DNA from: Eledone cirrhosa | Taxonomy: Eukaryota | DNA length: 64,000 nt | Reading direction: 5' to 3' | Assembly: GCA_964016885.1 (NCBI GenBank) | Contig: OZ024741.1 | Location: forward strand, 329,530,001-329,594,000 | In this document: positions 41,477 through 54,633 of the stretch, piece by piece | Numbering within the stretch: position 1 is the first letter of the stretch | Layout: every line of letters begins with the position of its first letter | Translations under genes and position numbers: made by a program | The notes under the pieces: model-generated | Told to the model about the DNA's origin: nothing | The model's input: the letters and a program-made list of their open reading frames with translations, nothing else | The model's database searches: none

Positions 41477-43399
41477 AATCAAACTTACTATCTTACACTT
41501 GTGAACCCAACTCTCTAACCACTAGACCGCTGGTGTTGACAATAATTATATAACTTAGATTATTCCTTCCATTACCATATTTCTAATGAATGACACTGCA
41601 TGTAGTCTCCAAATAATTTTGAAAATAACCAACAATTTTAAGGGATTTAGTAATATAACTTGCTCATTAATTTGAGGTTTGGAACATAAATGTTCTTACA
41701 CAAAATTATGATGAAATATTTAATTTTTGTAGTCCAAGATTGATATACTATATATACCAGGATTACTGGATATATAAACAAACATACAAACTGGGAAATT
41801 TGCATTTTGATAAATAAATAGTTTGCATCAGAGAAACACTTCCGTCTTGATGAGGATTCAGCCAGTACACTTTAAGTGTTAGTGTTAATGCACCAAGAAA
41901 AGCACTTGGTAAACTTTGTAAAGTGGTAGTGCTGGTGCAAAGAAAAAAAACGCATCCAATACACTGTAAAGTGGTAGTGCTAGTGCCACAAAAAACACAC
42001 CCAGTACAGTTTTCGACATTAGGAAAGGCAACAAGGCAGCCAGTTCTAGAGACCATGCCAAATATAGAATGTATGAGCAAGATGATAGCAGTCCGACCTG
42101 TCTGGTCTTGGACCTTGACAACCCTCCAACCCTCAGGCCTATTTGGTCTTGAACTATGATTACCCTCAAAGCCATACTAGCATGGAAAGCAAAAGTAAAA
42201 TGATGACATATTTATAATTTACACACACACCCCATACACACACACACACACATGCGTGTATGTATAAAAATGTGAATTTAAAAGGACCCCAAACAGCAAG
42301 TGGTGGTATTAACCTTTCCATTACCATATTTCTAATGAAAGACTGCCTATGATTTTCAAATCATTTTGAAAATAATCAGGAATTTGGAGGGATTTAGTAA
42401 TCTAACTTACTTATTAGGTTGATGTTTGAAATATGAAAAGGTTTTAAATAATTATGGATGATGATCCTTGCTAGTAGGGAAAGGAGATGTTAAAACGATG
42501 ATTATTATTGGATGAAGAAGTGCCAGGATTTCCAAGTGAAGGGAAACTGCAGTAGAAGACCAAGGAAGACCTGGGCAGAAGTAGTGAGAATAGATCTCAT
42601 AATACTAAACCTCACAACTGTGCTGGAAAAGGCATGCCCAACCCATGTAAGTTGATCTCACAGAGGAGATAATGAAGAAATACAATGAATAGATGGAAGC
42701 TGTGCGAGAAAAGACTCATCCAATCAATGCAAGCTGATCTCACAAACCAGATGACAAAGAAATGCAATGAGTAGATGGAAGCTGTGCTGGAAAAGATTCG
42801 TTCAACCCATGCAAGCTGATGTAAAAAGGATAGTGATAACAAACACTTGAAATAAACAGAATTTGTATGTTAGAACCAGGGGTGGTTTGGTAGCAAAAAG
42901 GTTAAACCAGATGACAGATTAAGTCTATCACCTACGATCAATTACAATCCATCTTTGAAGTGTACTTGATTTAGTCAATCATATCAACCCCAGTATTTAT
43001 CTATTTCAAGCTTGGTATTTACTGTATATACTTGAATATAAGCCTAAAAAATCTGTGGTAGAAGGGGGTCAATATTTTGATGATTTTCACCAATTTCAAA
43101 TTCAATGTAAATAAGGTTTGGATTTTTGCCCATTTCTCTGACAAAATAGTGATTCGAATATATTTTTTTCATGAACCATCATGTTATAGGATATAAACAA
43201 ACACAAATGTAAAGTGGGTATGTGTGTTTAGAAAGCTATACAATGCAACTGGGTTAGAATTACCAAGGAAACAAGTTGGAAGAGAATTGAAAGTTGAGGT
43301 AGAAAACAAAAGTTGGGAGAAGGAAAATAAAAGGAAGAATAACTGAAAGTTACCGTAGCAATTTATTAGTCCCCAAATTTTTCAAATTAACCATCCATT

Positions 43400-43582
43400 A
43401 TCAGACACACATACATATACAATGGGCTTTTGTAGTTTGTCTATAAAACGCACACATAAGACATTATTCAACCCAAGGTTATAGTAGAAAACACATGCTC
43501 ATAGTGCCATGAAGCGAGACAAGAGCTAGAATTGCATGGTTGTGAAATGAACTCCCTAACTACATAGCCCAGCCTGCACCTA
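43400..43582 (-). mobile_element. Diverged SINE (third family; plus-strand relative at 57514-57675)
   Basis: Shared ggtgcaggctg head, tgt.ttctact.ta.c.t core and a ...tagac 3' part. Confidence 0.55.
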
Positions 43583-44191
43583 AGTTTCATCATCATCATA
43601 ATCATTACCATTTAACATTTATTTTCTGTGTCTGCATTGGTTAGATGTGCTGTCATGTGCTGGTCAGGTAACCAAGTCTTGCTTGTATGTTCCATTTGGG
43701 GATCTGTTTTCTATAGGTGGATGACCTTAATGGCAATCACTTTACAGGATGTACTGAAAACATTTTATCATGACTTCAGCACTACAACCTTACAGAGTGA
43801 ATTACATGCTTTTTTGTCAAGGCACAAGTACCACATGAACAGGGTGGACTGGGTGCTTTTTGTCATGCCACAAGCACATGTTTATTATCTGGGTTTCCAT
43901 ATAAGGAAACCATTATTAATCTTTCTCTTACTACATATCTCTTCTACCTTTCTGTCTCTCCAGGTAAACCATTATTCCTCTTTCCATTCCTGTATATCTC
44001 TTCTACCTTTGTCTCTCTAGGTAAACCATGTTTGACTTTACTACAGCAACAATGGTTTCCTCTTCAATGGTCAACAACATTGCAACGAGGAACCACATGT
44101 TGTTTCTCACAATGGACACAGCCATAATGCAAGTTACTGTCACCTTGCAATGAAATGGAAGAAATGAGCAGTGTACTATATTTCAGGTAAA

Positions 44192-44537
44192 TATCATCAT
44201 CATTTTACATCCATTGTTCCCTGCTTTCATGGATTGGACAGGTCCTTCTCAGTACAGCATCTCTCCAGTTGTCGCGTTCCTTCATCATCTCCTCCATGAG
44301 CTTTAGCAATATGAGATCAGCTCTCACCATTTCCATCCAGGTCTTCCTTGGTCTGCCTCTACTGCGATTTCACTCCACTGGGATTACTTAGCACTTCACC
44401 CAGCGATCATCATCCATGTGCATCACATGTCCATACCACTGCAGTCTCCTCTTCTGCACACTAATTCTGCTTTCTCATATACCCAGTTTCTTCCTCAGTT
44501 CATCCATGCTTGGTTGATCTCATACATTAACATTGTG
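44192..44537 (-). mobile_element. Old RTE family B-like 3' fragment
   Basis: Minus strand encodes RRLQWYGHVMHMDDDRWVK...GRPRKTW; ATC tail. Confidence 0.8.
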
Positions 44538-44557
44538 TATATATATATATATATATA

Positions 44558-45288
44558 GCGGGTTGGCCAATACTAAATTTCAGGCGCTCTCATAGTTGCT
44601 AACTTTGCTTTTTTCCTTCCAAGTATGCACTCATTAGATACTTGATACATCAAAGTAGTTCGTAGTCAAACCCCGATGGGATTGGTTGTATTTTGTGCAT
44701 ATATCCTAACCTTCAAAATGGAGAACTAAAATGAACATTATCAATACATCATACTTTTTTATTTTAAAAAAGGTAAGAAAGTGTCAGAAGCTTGCAGGAA
44801 CATATGTGCTGTGTACAGAGAGGATCCTGCCACAGAACGTATATGTCAGGTCTCGATTTCAATTGGGAAATTTTTTCGATTCAAAATGCACCTCGCTCTG
44901 GACAGCCAACTGTGGTTAACAGCGACCAAGTGAAGGACTTAGTTGACACTAACTCCTGTCTTACAACCAAGGAGATTGCAGATATTCTCCAGATATCGAA
45001 ATCAAGTGTTGAAAACCATCTGCATAAACTTGGTTACATCAGCAGAGTCGATGTTTGAGTTCCCCATGAATTGAATGAAGCCAACCTCAGCCAACGGATT
45101 TCCATTTGTGATTCCTTGCTTAAACATGAAAGAAATGATCCCTTTTATGAAGAAAATGGTAACTGGAGACGAAAAATGGATCGTCTGTAACAATGTGAAA
45201 CAAAAGCGATCATGGGGGAAGCACCAAGAATCACCACAAACAATCTCTAAAGCAGGACTTCACCCAAAGAAGATTATACTTTCAATTC
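44558..45288 (+). mobile_element. Decayed mariner (Tc1/mariner) transposon, 5' half
   Basis: Follows TA. Transposase remnants RSGQP...TTKEIADILQISKSSVENHLHKLGY, *VPHEL, VTGDEKW and LHPKK, with stops and frameshifts. Confidence 0.88.
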
Positions 45289-45429
45289 CGCAAACAGGAC
45301 CTTCAATTCGGATTCGAATGCGATCCATCAGAAACCTCCAGAATTTGCTAATCGATTTTTTTTTTAAGGTATTATTTACAGCAATTGAGTGTTACAGTTA
45401 TTTTCTACATTTAGAATTCCCACATTTTC

Positions 45430-46213
45430 GCATACGAACAGCAATGTTGCACGGCAGTGAGACCTGGGTATTGTGTGCAGAGGATATACGCAGACTAGAG
45501 AGAAACGAAGCTTGCATGCTCCGCTGGATGTGTAATAATAATATACGTGAACGGCAAAGCATAAACGAACTAAGGAAAAAAATTAGAAATAAGAGGGATC
45601 AGATGTTGTTTACTCGAGAGAAGGCTACGTTAGTATGGTCACGTGATGCGCATGAAGGACGATAGCTGTATAACAAAGTGCAGGGCAATAAAGATAGACG
45701 GTAGCCACGGAATAGGCAGACCCAGAAAAACCTGGGACGAGCTGATAAATTCCGACCTCACACACTTACACCTCACCAAGACAATGTCACTGGACCGAGA
45801 CCTTTGGCGGTACTCAGTAATAGAGAAGACCCGCCTTACCTAAATACAAAGTAAAACCTACTACAGTCAGTAGGCATCTCTAACAAAATACACCCCCGTC
45901 CCACCACCCCCACCCAATCCACACCGCCCCTTTCAATGTAAAGTTATGTTGGTGCCACAACATCCAGGCCGAAACAAATGAGATCGTGTAGGTGTCACGT
46001 CAAAAAACACACAGTTCACGCTGTAATGTGGCCATGTAGGCAACACGGTAAAAACCTCCCAGCCCCACACTGTAAATGTGGTTGGTGTTAGGAAGGACAT
46101 CCAGCTGTAGAAAACCCGCCAGATAGTCCTATGCGAGCAAGATGACCACTCTTGCCTCAAGTGGGAAAACCCTCCGTCCAAACCCATGGAAGCATGGAAC
46201 ACGGACGTTAAAC

Positions 46214-46246
<33 letters not shown>
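45430..46246 (+). mobile_element. RTE family A, 5'-truncated
   Basis: C-terminal ORF, UTR and (GAT)n. Confidence 0.93.
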
Positions 46247-46476
46247 ATATATATATATAAAAAATTATCATCGTCATCATTTTAACGTCTGTTTTGCCTG
46301 ATAGCAAGGGTTGAACAGATCAAGTCAGTACTGAAGTAGGGTTACTGACCTTCCAGACAGAATAGGGGGTCTGTTATCTCGCTTATGTATGGTCTCACAT
46401 TCTACTGAGTGCACAGGAAAGGTTGTCATGTCTTTGACACAACTGAAGGGTCTTTCCAACCCTTTGTTTGGGTATA

Positions 46477-48810
46477 TCATCATCATCATCATCATCATCA
46501 TCATTTAACGTCCATCTTCCACGCTTGCATGGGTTTGGACGGGAGTTTTCTCACATGAGGCAAGAGTGGTTGTCTCGCTCGCATAGGAGTCTGGCGGGTT
46601 TTCTACGGCTGGATGCCCTTCCTAACACCAACCACGTTTACAGTGTGGACTGGGAGATTTTTACCGTGTTACCTACACGGCCACATTGCAGCGTGGACTG
46701 TGTTTTTTTTGTCGTGACACCTACACGACCTCATTTGTTTCGGACTGGATGTTGTGGTACCAACATAACTTTACATTGAAAGGGGTGGTGGGGATGGGGT
46801 GGGCGTAGTGGGACGGGGGTGTATTTTCTTAGAGGTGCCTACTGACTGTAGTAGGTTTCACTTTGTACTTAGGTAAGGCGGGTCTTCTGTATTACTGTGT
46901 AGCGCCAAAGATCTCGGTCCAGTGACATTGTCTTGGAGAGGTGTAAGTGTGTGAGGTCTGAATTTATCAAGTCGTCCCAGGTTTTTCTGGGTCTGCCTAC
47001 TCCGTGGCTACCGTCTATTTTTATTGCTCTGCATTTTTTTATACAGCTGTCGTCTTTCATGCGCATCACGTGACCATACCAACGTAGTCTTCTCTCGAGT
47101 AAACAACATCTGATCCCTCTTATTTCTAATTTTTCCCTTAGTTCGTTTATGCTTTGCCGTTCACATATATTACAATTACACATCCAGCGGAGCATGCAAG
47201 CTTCATTCCTCTTCAGTCTGCGTATATCCTCTGCACACAATGCCCAGGTCTCACTGCCATGTAACATTGCTGTTCGTATGCAGGCATCATACAGCCTGCC
47301 TTTCATTTTTAGAGAGAACCCTTTAGCGGCTAATAGTGGTATAAGCTCTCTGAACTTTTTCCATCCAGTTCTGACTCTAGCTACTGTACTTTCAGAGCAG
47401 CCTCCACCACTGCTGATTTTGTCACCCAAGTAACGGAAGGTGTCCACTATTTCTATAGAACCATCTGTGCAATGGAATGAGCTAGTATTCTGTGGGCACT
47501 TGCTGCTACTTATTGCACCAGAGCACCGGCCACATATAAAATCTATGTTCTTAGTTAGCTTACCTGTGATCCCACTACATCTTTTATGCACCCATACTTT
47601 GCATTTGGGACAAAATGGAGTTTCTACCTACTCCTTTCCTACACACTGAGCATGGCCATTTCCCGGATGGGACCGGTGCCCTATTTTCCTTACTACAAAC
47701 TAGAACTTTAGTCTTAGCCAGGTTAATTTTAAGGCCTTTTGATTCTAGGCCATGCTTCCATGTTTGGAATTTCTTCTCTAGTTCAGCCATTGATTCAGCT
47801 ATGAGCATTACATCATCTGCGTATAGGAGTTCCCATGGGCAGCCGGTCTTGAACTCCACTGTTATAGCCTGAAGGGCAATAATAAATAGTAGGGGGCTAA
47901 GAACGGAGCCCTGATGGACACCAACTTTTGCGCTAAACTCTTCACTATATTCGTGACTGTTTCTTTATACATGGCTTGTATAGCTCTCACAAGCCATTCA
48001 TCAACACCTAGTTTTCTAAGAGCCCACCAGATAATGGAACGGGGGCTCTGTCAAAGGCTTTCTCCAAGTCAACAAAAGCTAAGTATAGAGGTTTACTTTT
48101 AGCTAGGTACTTCTCCTGTAGTTGTCATACAATGAAAAGAGCGTCTGTGGTACTTTTACCTGAAACAAACCCGAACTGCATTTCATCTAGATCAATTCTC
48201 TCTCTGATTAGTTGCGCTATTACTTTTTCTGTGACCTTCATGACCTGGTGAATTAATTTAATGCCTCTATAGTTACTCCTATCTAGGGCATCTCCATTAC
48301 CCTTGTAGCAGTTAATGATGATGCTGCTACGCCAGTCCTTCGGAACAACCCCATTCTGTATGACTTGGTTTACTATCCGGGTGACCATGGTGTGTCCCAC
48401 CGTTCCAGAAGCTTTCAGCATTTCAGCAACTATTTCTGAAGGCCCAGCCTTACTTATTATACTACCTTCAACTTGCACTGCTAGTCCCTCTATTGGATCG
48501 ATGTGGGGGAGACTGTCTTTCTCCCATTTATTCTCCTCATTTAGTAGCTTTTCGTAGTGACACTTCCAAGCTACCTTCTTATCAGCGTCAGTGATGGCAA
48601 GTACACCATCATCATTAAGGACACACTTCTCCCCGACAATATCACAGTTTTCCTTGACACATTGCCTAGCAATCCTGAACACCTCACGTTTTTGGTCCTC
48701 GCGTTGTAGAACATGCTTGAACTTTCTTTCCTCTGCTTCCTTTCTTGCGAAGTACACTTGTCTCCTGGCCACTTGATAGTCTTCTCTACTTCCCCCATCC
48801 CGCCATGCTT
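46477..48810 (-). mobile_element. RTE family A, 5'-truncated and frameshifted
   Basis: ORFs 48125-48829, 47584-47859 (YADD) and 46869-47591; (ATC)n tail. Confidence 0.94.
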
Positions 48811-49399
48811 CCCCCCCACCCACCCACACACACGACTTGCTTTGTTAACCTGGAGCTAAATAACAACAAAAGCTTTTCAGTATTGTTTTGTTTTTGAATT
48901 TAATTTATATTATTTAAAACTTAATGCTTTATTTTCTAATTTTCTAATTTTTATTTCTTTTTTCTTTTAACAGTATTTATTGATAAAAGACCCTATATAT
49001 ATATATATATATATATATAAATTGTTGTTTTTGGCTTCACCCAAAGATATGAGAAGATAAAAGAAGACAGCATTTGGGTGTTTTACCAAGAACAAATGAT
49101 GTTTCTGTGATCTAAACTGAGCTAATTTTGATGTAGATGATATTGGTGGGGTTATCAAAGAAAAAAAAAAGCTGAAGAACTGGAAACATTGAAAAGTTTT
49201 ACTGTCAACTTTGGTCACCGGAATTTAAAAACTACAACATTGCAATATGAAAAACATACAAAATACATATATATATATTCATAATCTGTTCATATCTAGG
49301 TGCCAATAATCATATTTGGCATAACTCTCACCTGTGACTCATAATACATCAATAATCTTGTCATCATAACCTTCATATTCTCTGTGTGTGTGCATGTGT

Positions 49400-49725
49400 A
49401 TAAATATATATATATATTATATATATATTATATATTATATTATATATTATATTATATTATATATATATATTATATATATATATTATATATATATATTATA
49501 TATTATATATATATTATATATATATATATTATATATATATATTATATATATATATTATATATATATATTATATATTATATATATATATTATATATTATAT
49601 ATATATATTATATATATATATTATATATATTATATATATATTATATATATATTATATATTATATATATATTATATATATATTATATATTATATATTATAT
49701 ATATATTATATATATATTATATATA

Positions 49726-49775
<50 letters not shown>

Positions 49776-49780
49776 ATGTA
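49400..49780. repeat. Interrupted (TA)n plus (TG)n
   Basis: Direct reading. Confidence 0.95.
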
Positions 49781-51442
49781 TATGACATGCAATTCTGTCA
49801 TGTATTTCATACCTGAATGAAATTTTTTTTTAATGTTAATGCTGGCATGTCTTGTATTGACACCACAATCTCTTATATAATTGCCGAATTCAAGAATATA
49901 CATAACAAAATAGCTTTAGAAGCCATCCTAATACAATGTCAATGTTGATATAAACACCACTAAATCTAAATATCATATCCATACTCTCATCTGATATATA
50001 TATATATTCACAACACAGCAGCTATAACCCATATATATATGTATACATACAACATCTCTATGACCAATACATCATCCATAACCAAATACTAAATTTAGTT
50101 TTAACTGAAGAACTGTGTAGAAATTGGAATTTAATTCACATTGCAATCATACCAACTCTACCTAATGTCTAACACTAGTAACTAGATTAGTTTTACTATC
50201 TTACTAGTGAGGGGGGACACTGTATTTTATGTTGGTTACAATGAACTAGTCACATTGATTTTATTCTTTCCTGTTATCTGTTAACTCTTTAGCATTTAAA
50301 CCGGCCGTATCCAGCCAGAATTCTCTCCTCTCTGTTCAAACTGGGTGTATCTAGCCATTCATACTGATGTTAAGATATTGTTTTAAAATAAATAATATCG
50401 AAATCTCATAGATTCGATATTGTGAGATATTATATGTGATAAAGCCTTTACTATGAAAATATAATAGTAAATATAGGGTAATGTAAATGCTAAAGGGTTA
50501 AACCTGTCCTCTTCTGTCTTCAGTTAACAACTGTCTGTTGATTCTCATTTCACTTACTGTATTTTTCATATTCGTATATCAGAACATCAAAGACACATAT
50601 TTTAAAGAAAAAGGTGATGCAGGAAAAAATTGTTATACAGGAAAGTAGGCAGATTTTTACATAATATTTGGGGTTAAAAAAAACTCTTATACACTAAAAA
50701 ATATAGTAAATATTGATCTGTTTCCCCACTCTCTCTCTCTCAAATATCTAATTCCTCTGTTCTATCTAGCTGCCTTTATCTATCTTCCACCTCCTTGCTA
50801 ATAATTTTAGTATTTCTCTCTCTCTCTCAGTTTCTTGCTTGTTAACTCTTGAAAAGCCAGCAAATATCTTTTTTTTTTATATCATCACCATCATCATCAA
50901 TTTGTTGTGACTCACCATTCCACTCACAACTAAACTAGTCACGCCTCATTGACTTTCAGAGAACATTACTCTCACCCTGCATTAACTCTCAGCTGTGAAA
51001 TAACTAAGCATTACAAAGCTGTAAATGCTTCATTACATTTCTGTTTTTTAAATTGTGTAGCAGCTGCAATGACCACTTGCAGAAGTGCACCAGACTTTGG
51101 TCAAGTCACTGGACGGCTGAAACTGCGTATGTCACTGATCACACCCTACTGCTGACAACTGCGAAGTAAGATAGATATCAAGGTTTGTAATTGTACCAAA
51201 CCTCATTCTACTACCTCATTCTTCTGTAGCATCAGACTGCAACCACGGCATTTCTTCATATATCACACAGACTCTGCGTTTTTTGACATATTTCCTAACC
51301 CCTAACATCTCATGTCATTGATTTCCATCTCATATTTCTTATAAACATACTCATATACACGTGCAAACGCATTCACAAACACATACACAATCTCATACAC
51401 ACACAACTCACCTCCTCTTTTTTTTTGTTGGCATTATCCATT

Positions 51443-52678
51443 ATGAATCACATGATCAACACATCGAACATAGCAAACTTTGAACTTTCTGAGGTCATCC
51501 ACAACATGGAAAGGTCACACAGCTGTGACATCTGTGGGAAGGGTTTCACCCGCTATGATAACTTGGAGCGGCACAGGCTGTCCCATCGGGTTGACAAGCC
51601 CTTCCGTTGTGACACATGTGGCAAGAGCTTTTCCCAGAAGTCCCACCTGAAGCAACACAAGGTGATTCATACAGGTGTGAAACCATTCAAATGTCACCTG
51701 TGTGGCTCAGCATTCAGCCAGAATGGCAACCTCACGCGTCATATGAAGACTCATGGCATCGCCCCGACCATTGGTACACAGCACCATGACAACCAGAGTG
51801 AGACATACATGCACACACACTCGCAGATCTATGCAAACGACAAGCCTTTCAAGTGCAATGTTTGCGGTGCAGCTTTTTCTCGAAACGGTGACCTCACGCG
51901 GCATTTTCGCACACATGAGGAATCCCTCCTTCCACAGAACAACCCAAATTTTAATTCTGGGTATGGAAGCAGTAGTGGAAATGGAGGGAGAGGTAGTGGT
52001 GGTAATAGTGGTGATGGTGGAGGAGGCGGTGGTAGTGGTAGTGGTGGCGGAAGTAGTACCGGGTTCAGTACTACTTCTTACAATAATAATGATAACCCTT
52101 TCAACTGCCGAGCCTGCTGGAAAGCTTTTACTGAGCGAACTGATGCAGGACTGCATGAACGCATTCACGCTGCACTGTTGCCATACCGGTGTGATCTATG
52201 TGGCAAGGCTTTTGCAGAGAATAGTTACCTAACGCGCCACAAGAGAGCGCACACGAGGGAGAAGCTGTTCAACTGTGAAGTGTGCAACAAATCATTCAGT
52301 CAGAAATCGCACCTGAAGGTGCACCACCGTATTCATACAGGCGAGCGTCCGTTCAGGTGCAGACTCTGCGGCTATGCATTCGCTCGCAAGGACCACCTGG
52401 AACGGCACCAGAGGAACAACAAAAATGGTGGCAAGCTGAGCTGTGTGCCACGACAGCAACACGCCACATCGGCATCCAACCCTGCCGTCACCGCCACTGC
52501 TGTCCCTGCTACAGACGATGGCGGCGGTGGTGGAGGTGGGGGACAGCAGCAGCAGGTGTCCTCTAATGCCGGAGACACGATTACCGTGCCACAGCAGACC
52601 ACGTCACATGAGGTGCAGCAGCAGCAACAACAGCAACCTCAACAGGATGCTGATGTGCCTCATTACATGAATATATGA
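51443..52678 (+). CDS. C2H2 (Kruppel-type) zinc-finger protein, ~411 aa, 7 complete fingers plus 1 lacking the last His
   Basis: Uninterrupted GC-richer ORF with CxxC-x12-HxxxH repeats, TGVKPF/TGERPF linkers, and Gly/Ser and poly-Q tracts. First in-frame ATG at 51443; upstream exons are possible. Confidence 0.92.
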   Translation: MNHMINTSNIANFELSEVIHNMERSHSCDICGKGFTRYDNLERHRLSHRVDKPFRCDTCGKSFSQKSHLKQHKVIHTGVKPFKCHLCGSAFSQNGNLTRHMKTHGIAPTIGTQHHDNQSETYMHTHSQIYANDKPFKCNVCGAAFSRNGDLTRHFRTHEESLLPQNNPNFNSGYGSSSGNGGRGSGGNSGDGGGGGGSGSGGGSSTGFSTTSYNNNDNPFNCRACWKAFTERTDAGLHERIHAALLPYRCDLCGKAFAENSYLTRHKRAHTREKLFNCEVCNKSFSQKSHLKVHHRIHTGERPFRCRLCGYAFARKDHLERHQRNNKNGGKLSCVPRQQHATSASNPAVTATAVPATDDGGGGGGGGQQQQVSSNAGDTITVPQQTTSHEVQQQQQQQPQQDADVPHYMNI

Positions 52679-53228
52679 CCCTGTCGAGAACAGAAATGTA
52701 TCTTGGGGAATTGGTCATAGCAGGTCATCTTGAGAGGCGGAGGCAGAATTGGTATTTAAAAAAAAAAAAGAGGGAAAAAAAAGTAAATCAACGAACATTT
52801 CAGGCCATTTTGGCCAACAATGGCCACTGGTCAGATTTAGTTGACTTTTATTTTTTTTTTCTATTAATGTATTTAAAAAAAAATTCTTATCCAAGATTTC
52901 CTCCTCTTCTCATTCTACAAGGATGATGATGGTGATGGTGGTGGTTCAACTACATCTCTTCCTTCCCCTCTTTTAATATTTTTTAATTACTTCCTCACTC
53001 ACTCACTCCAGGACAATATCATCATCACACACTGAAATAATGTTCTATGCCGCTAGAACAAACCATGATGAAGAAACCAACACACACACATACAGAATAA
53101 CATTGAAGAAGGTGATGATGGAAAAGGTTGAACAATAACAAAACTAAAAGAAAATCAAACAAAACCGATATTTTGAATGACTTGTTATTTTTTATATTCA
53201 TGATTTCTCTTTGTTATTATTATTATTA

Positions 53229-54250
53229 TCCCGCCGAGGTTAACTTTGCCTTTCATCCTTACAGGGTCGATAAAATAAAGCACCAGTAATACACTGGGTA
53301 ATTGATGGCCCTGTGCCAAAAGTAGAAACAATTATTATTATTATTATTATTCATAAGATGGTGGATTGGCATTATTGCTTCGTAAAATATGCTTTGCGAC
53401 ATATAGTTACGGCCCTTTACGTTCTGAGTTCAAATTCTGTTGAGGTTAGCTTTGCCTTTCATCCTTACGGGGTCGATAAAATTCAGTACCAGTCACACAC
53501 TGGTGTTGATTTAATTGAGTTTCCCCTCCCCGCCAAATTGCTGGCCTTGTGCCTATAGTAGAAACCATTATTATTATTCATAGGGTAGTTATGGCCCTTT
53601 ACGTTCTGAGTTCAAATCCTGCTGAGGTTAGCTTGGACTTTCATCCTTACGGGGGTTGATAAAATAAATTACCAGTAATGCACTGGAGTTGATTTAATCA
53701 AACTTACTCCTTTCCCAAAATTTCTTGCCTTGTGTATATAGTAGAAACAATTATTATTATTAGCTGAATTAATAGCGTCGACTAAATTACCTTGCAGTAT
53801 TTAATTATCTTTATATTCTGAGTTCAAATCCCACCAAAATCAACTGTACCTTTCATCCTTATAAGGTCGATAGAACAAAGCAACATTCAAACACTAGGGT
53901 TGATACCCTGCCCAAAATTTGCTGGCGTTGTGCCTAAATTAACAAAGGGTGGTCAATAAAATAAAGTACTAGTAACACAATGGGGTCGATTTAATTGATT
54001 TTTCCCTGCCCCAAAATGTTTGGCCTTGTGCCTAAATTAAAAATTATAGTTATTAGTTGGCAAAATTATTAGAAAATTGAGCAAAATACCTTGAACTATA
54101 TAGTTACATCAATTTACAGTGAGTTCAAATCCTGCTAAGATTAAGTTTACTTTTCGTCTTTTTTTTTTTTTTTTAGGACTAATCATGTGGTGAGATCAGT
54201 GTCAATTTAATTGACCCCCCCCCCCCCCCCATTTGTGGTTTTATTAGAAA
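53229..54250 (+). mobile_element. Cluster of ~5-6 head-to-tail Meta-like SINE copies
   Basis: Repeated gagttcaaat.c...tttcatcctta.ggggtcgataaaa...ccttgtgc modules joined by (ATT)n. Confidence 0.85.
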
Positions 54251-54483
54251 ACATTGTTTTTATAAGAATGAAAGCAAAATTACTGGTGAGATTAATGTTG
54301 ATTGATGTGAAGATTCCAGTGGGGAGGATTGTTGCAATATCTTGCAGGTGAGATACTGTTGGAGAAGAAGAGATGAAATTTTACTTTTTGTTTTCATACT
54401 TTTTTGGAAGAGCTGTGAATGTGCATGGCTTTGTGGTTAGGGTGTTTGGCGGACATGGTCTGACTAGCATAAACTGGTAACTC

Positions 54484-54633
54484 CGTTTAACGTCCATCTT
54501 CCACGCTTGCATGGGTTTGGACAGGAGTTTTCCCACTTGAGGCAAGAGTGGTTGTCTTGCTCGCATAGGACTGTCTGGCGGGTTTTCTACGGCTGGATGC
54601 TCTTCCTAACACCAACCACGTTTACAGTGTGGA
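54484..54633 (-). mobile_element. RTE family A 3'-end fragment lacking the GAT tail
   Basis: cgtttaacgtccatcttccacgcttgcatggg...cctaacaccaaccacgtttacagtgtggac. Confidence 0.85.

Noticed and set aside
51707-52670. Alternative-frame ORFs overlapping the zinc-finger CDS
   Set aside because: They are explained by the GC-richer codon structure of the real ORF and contain no domains.
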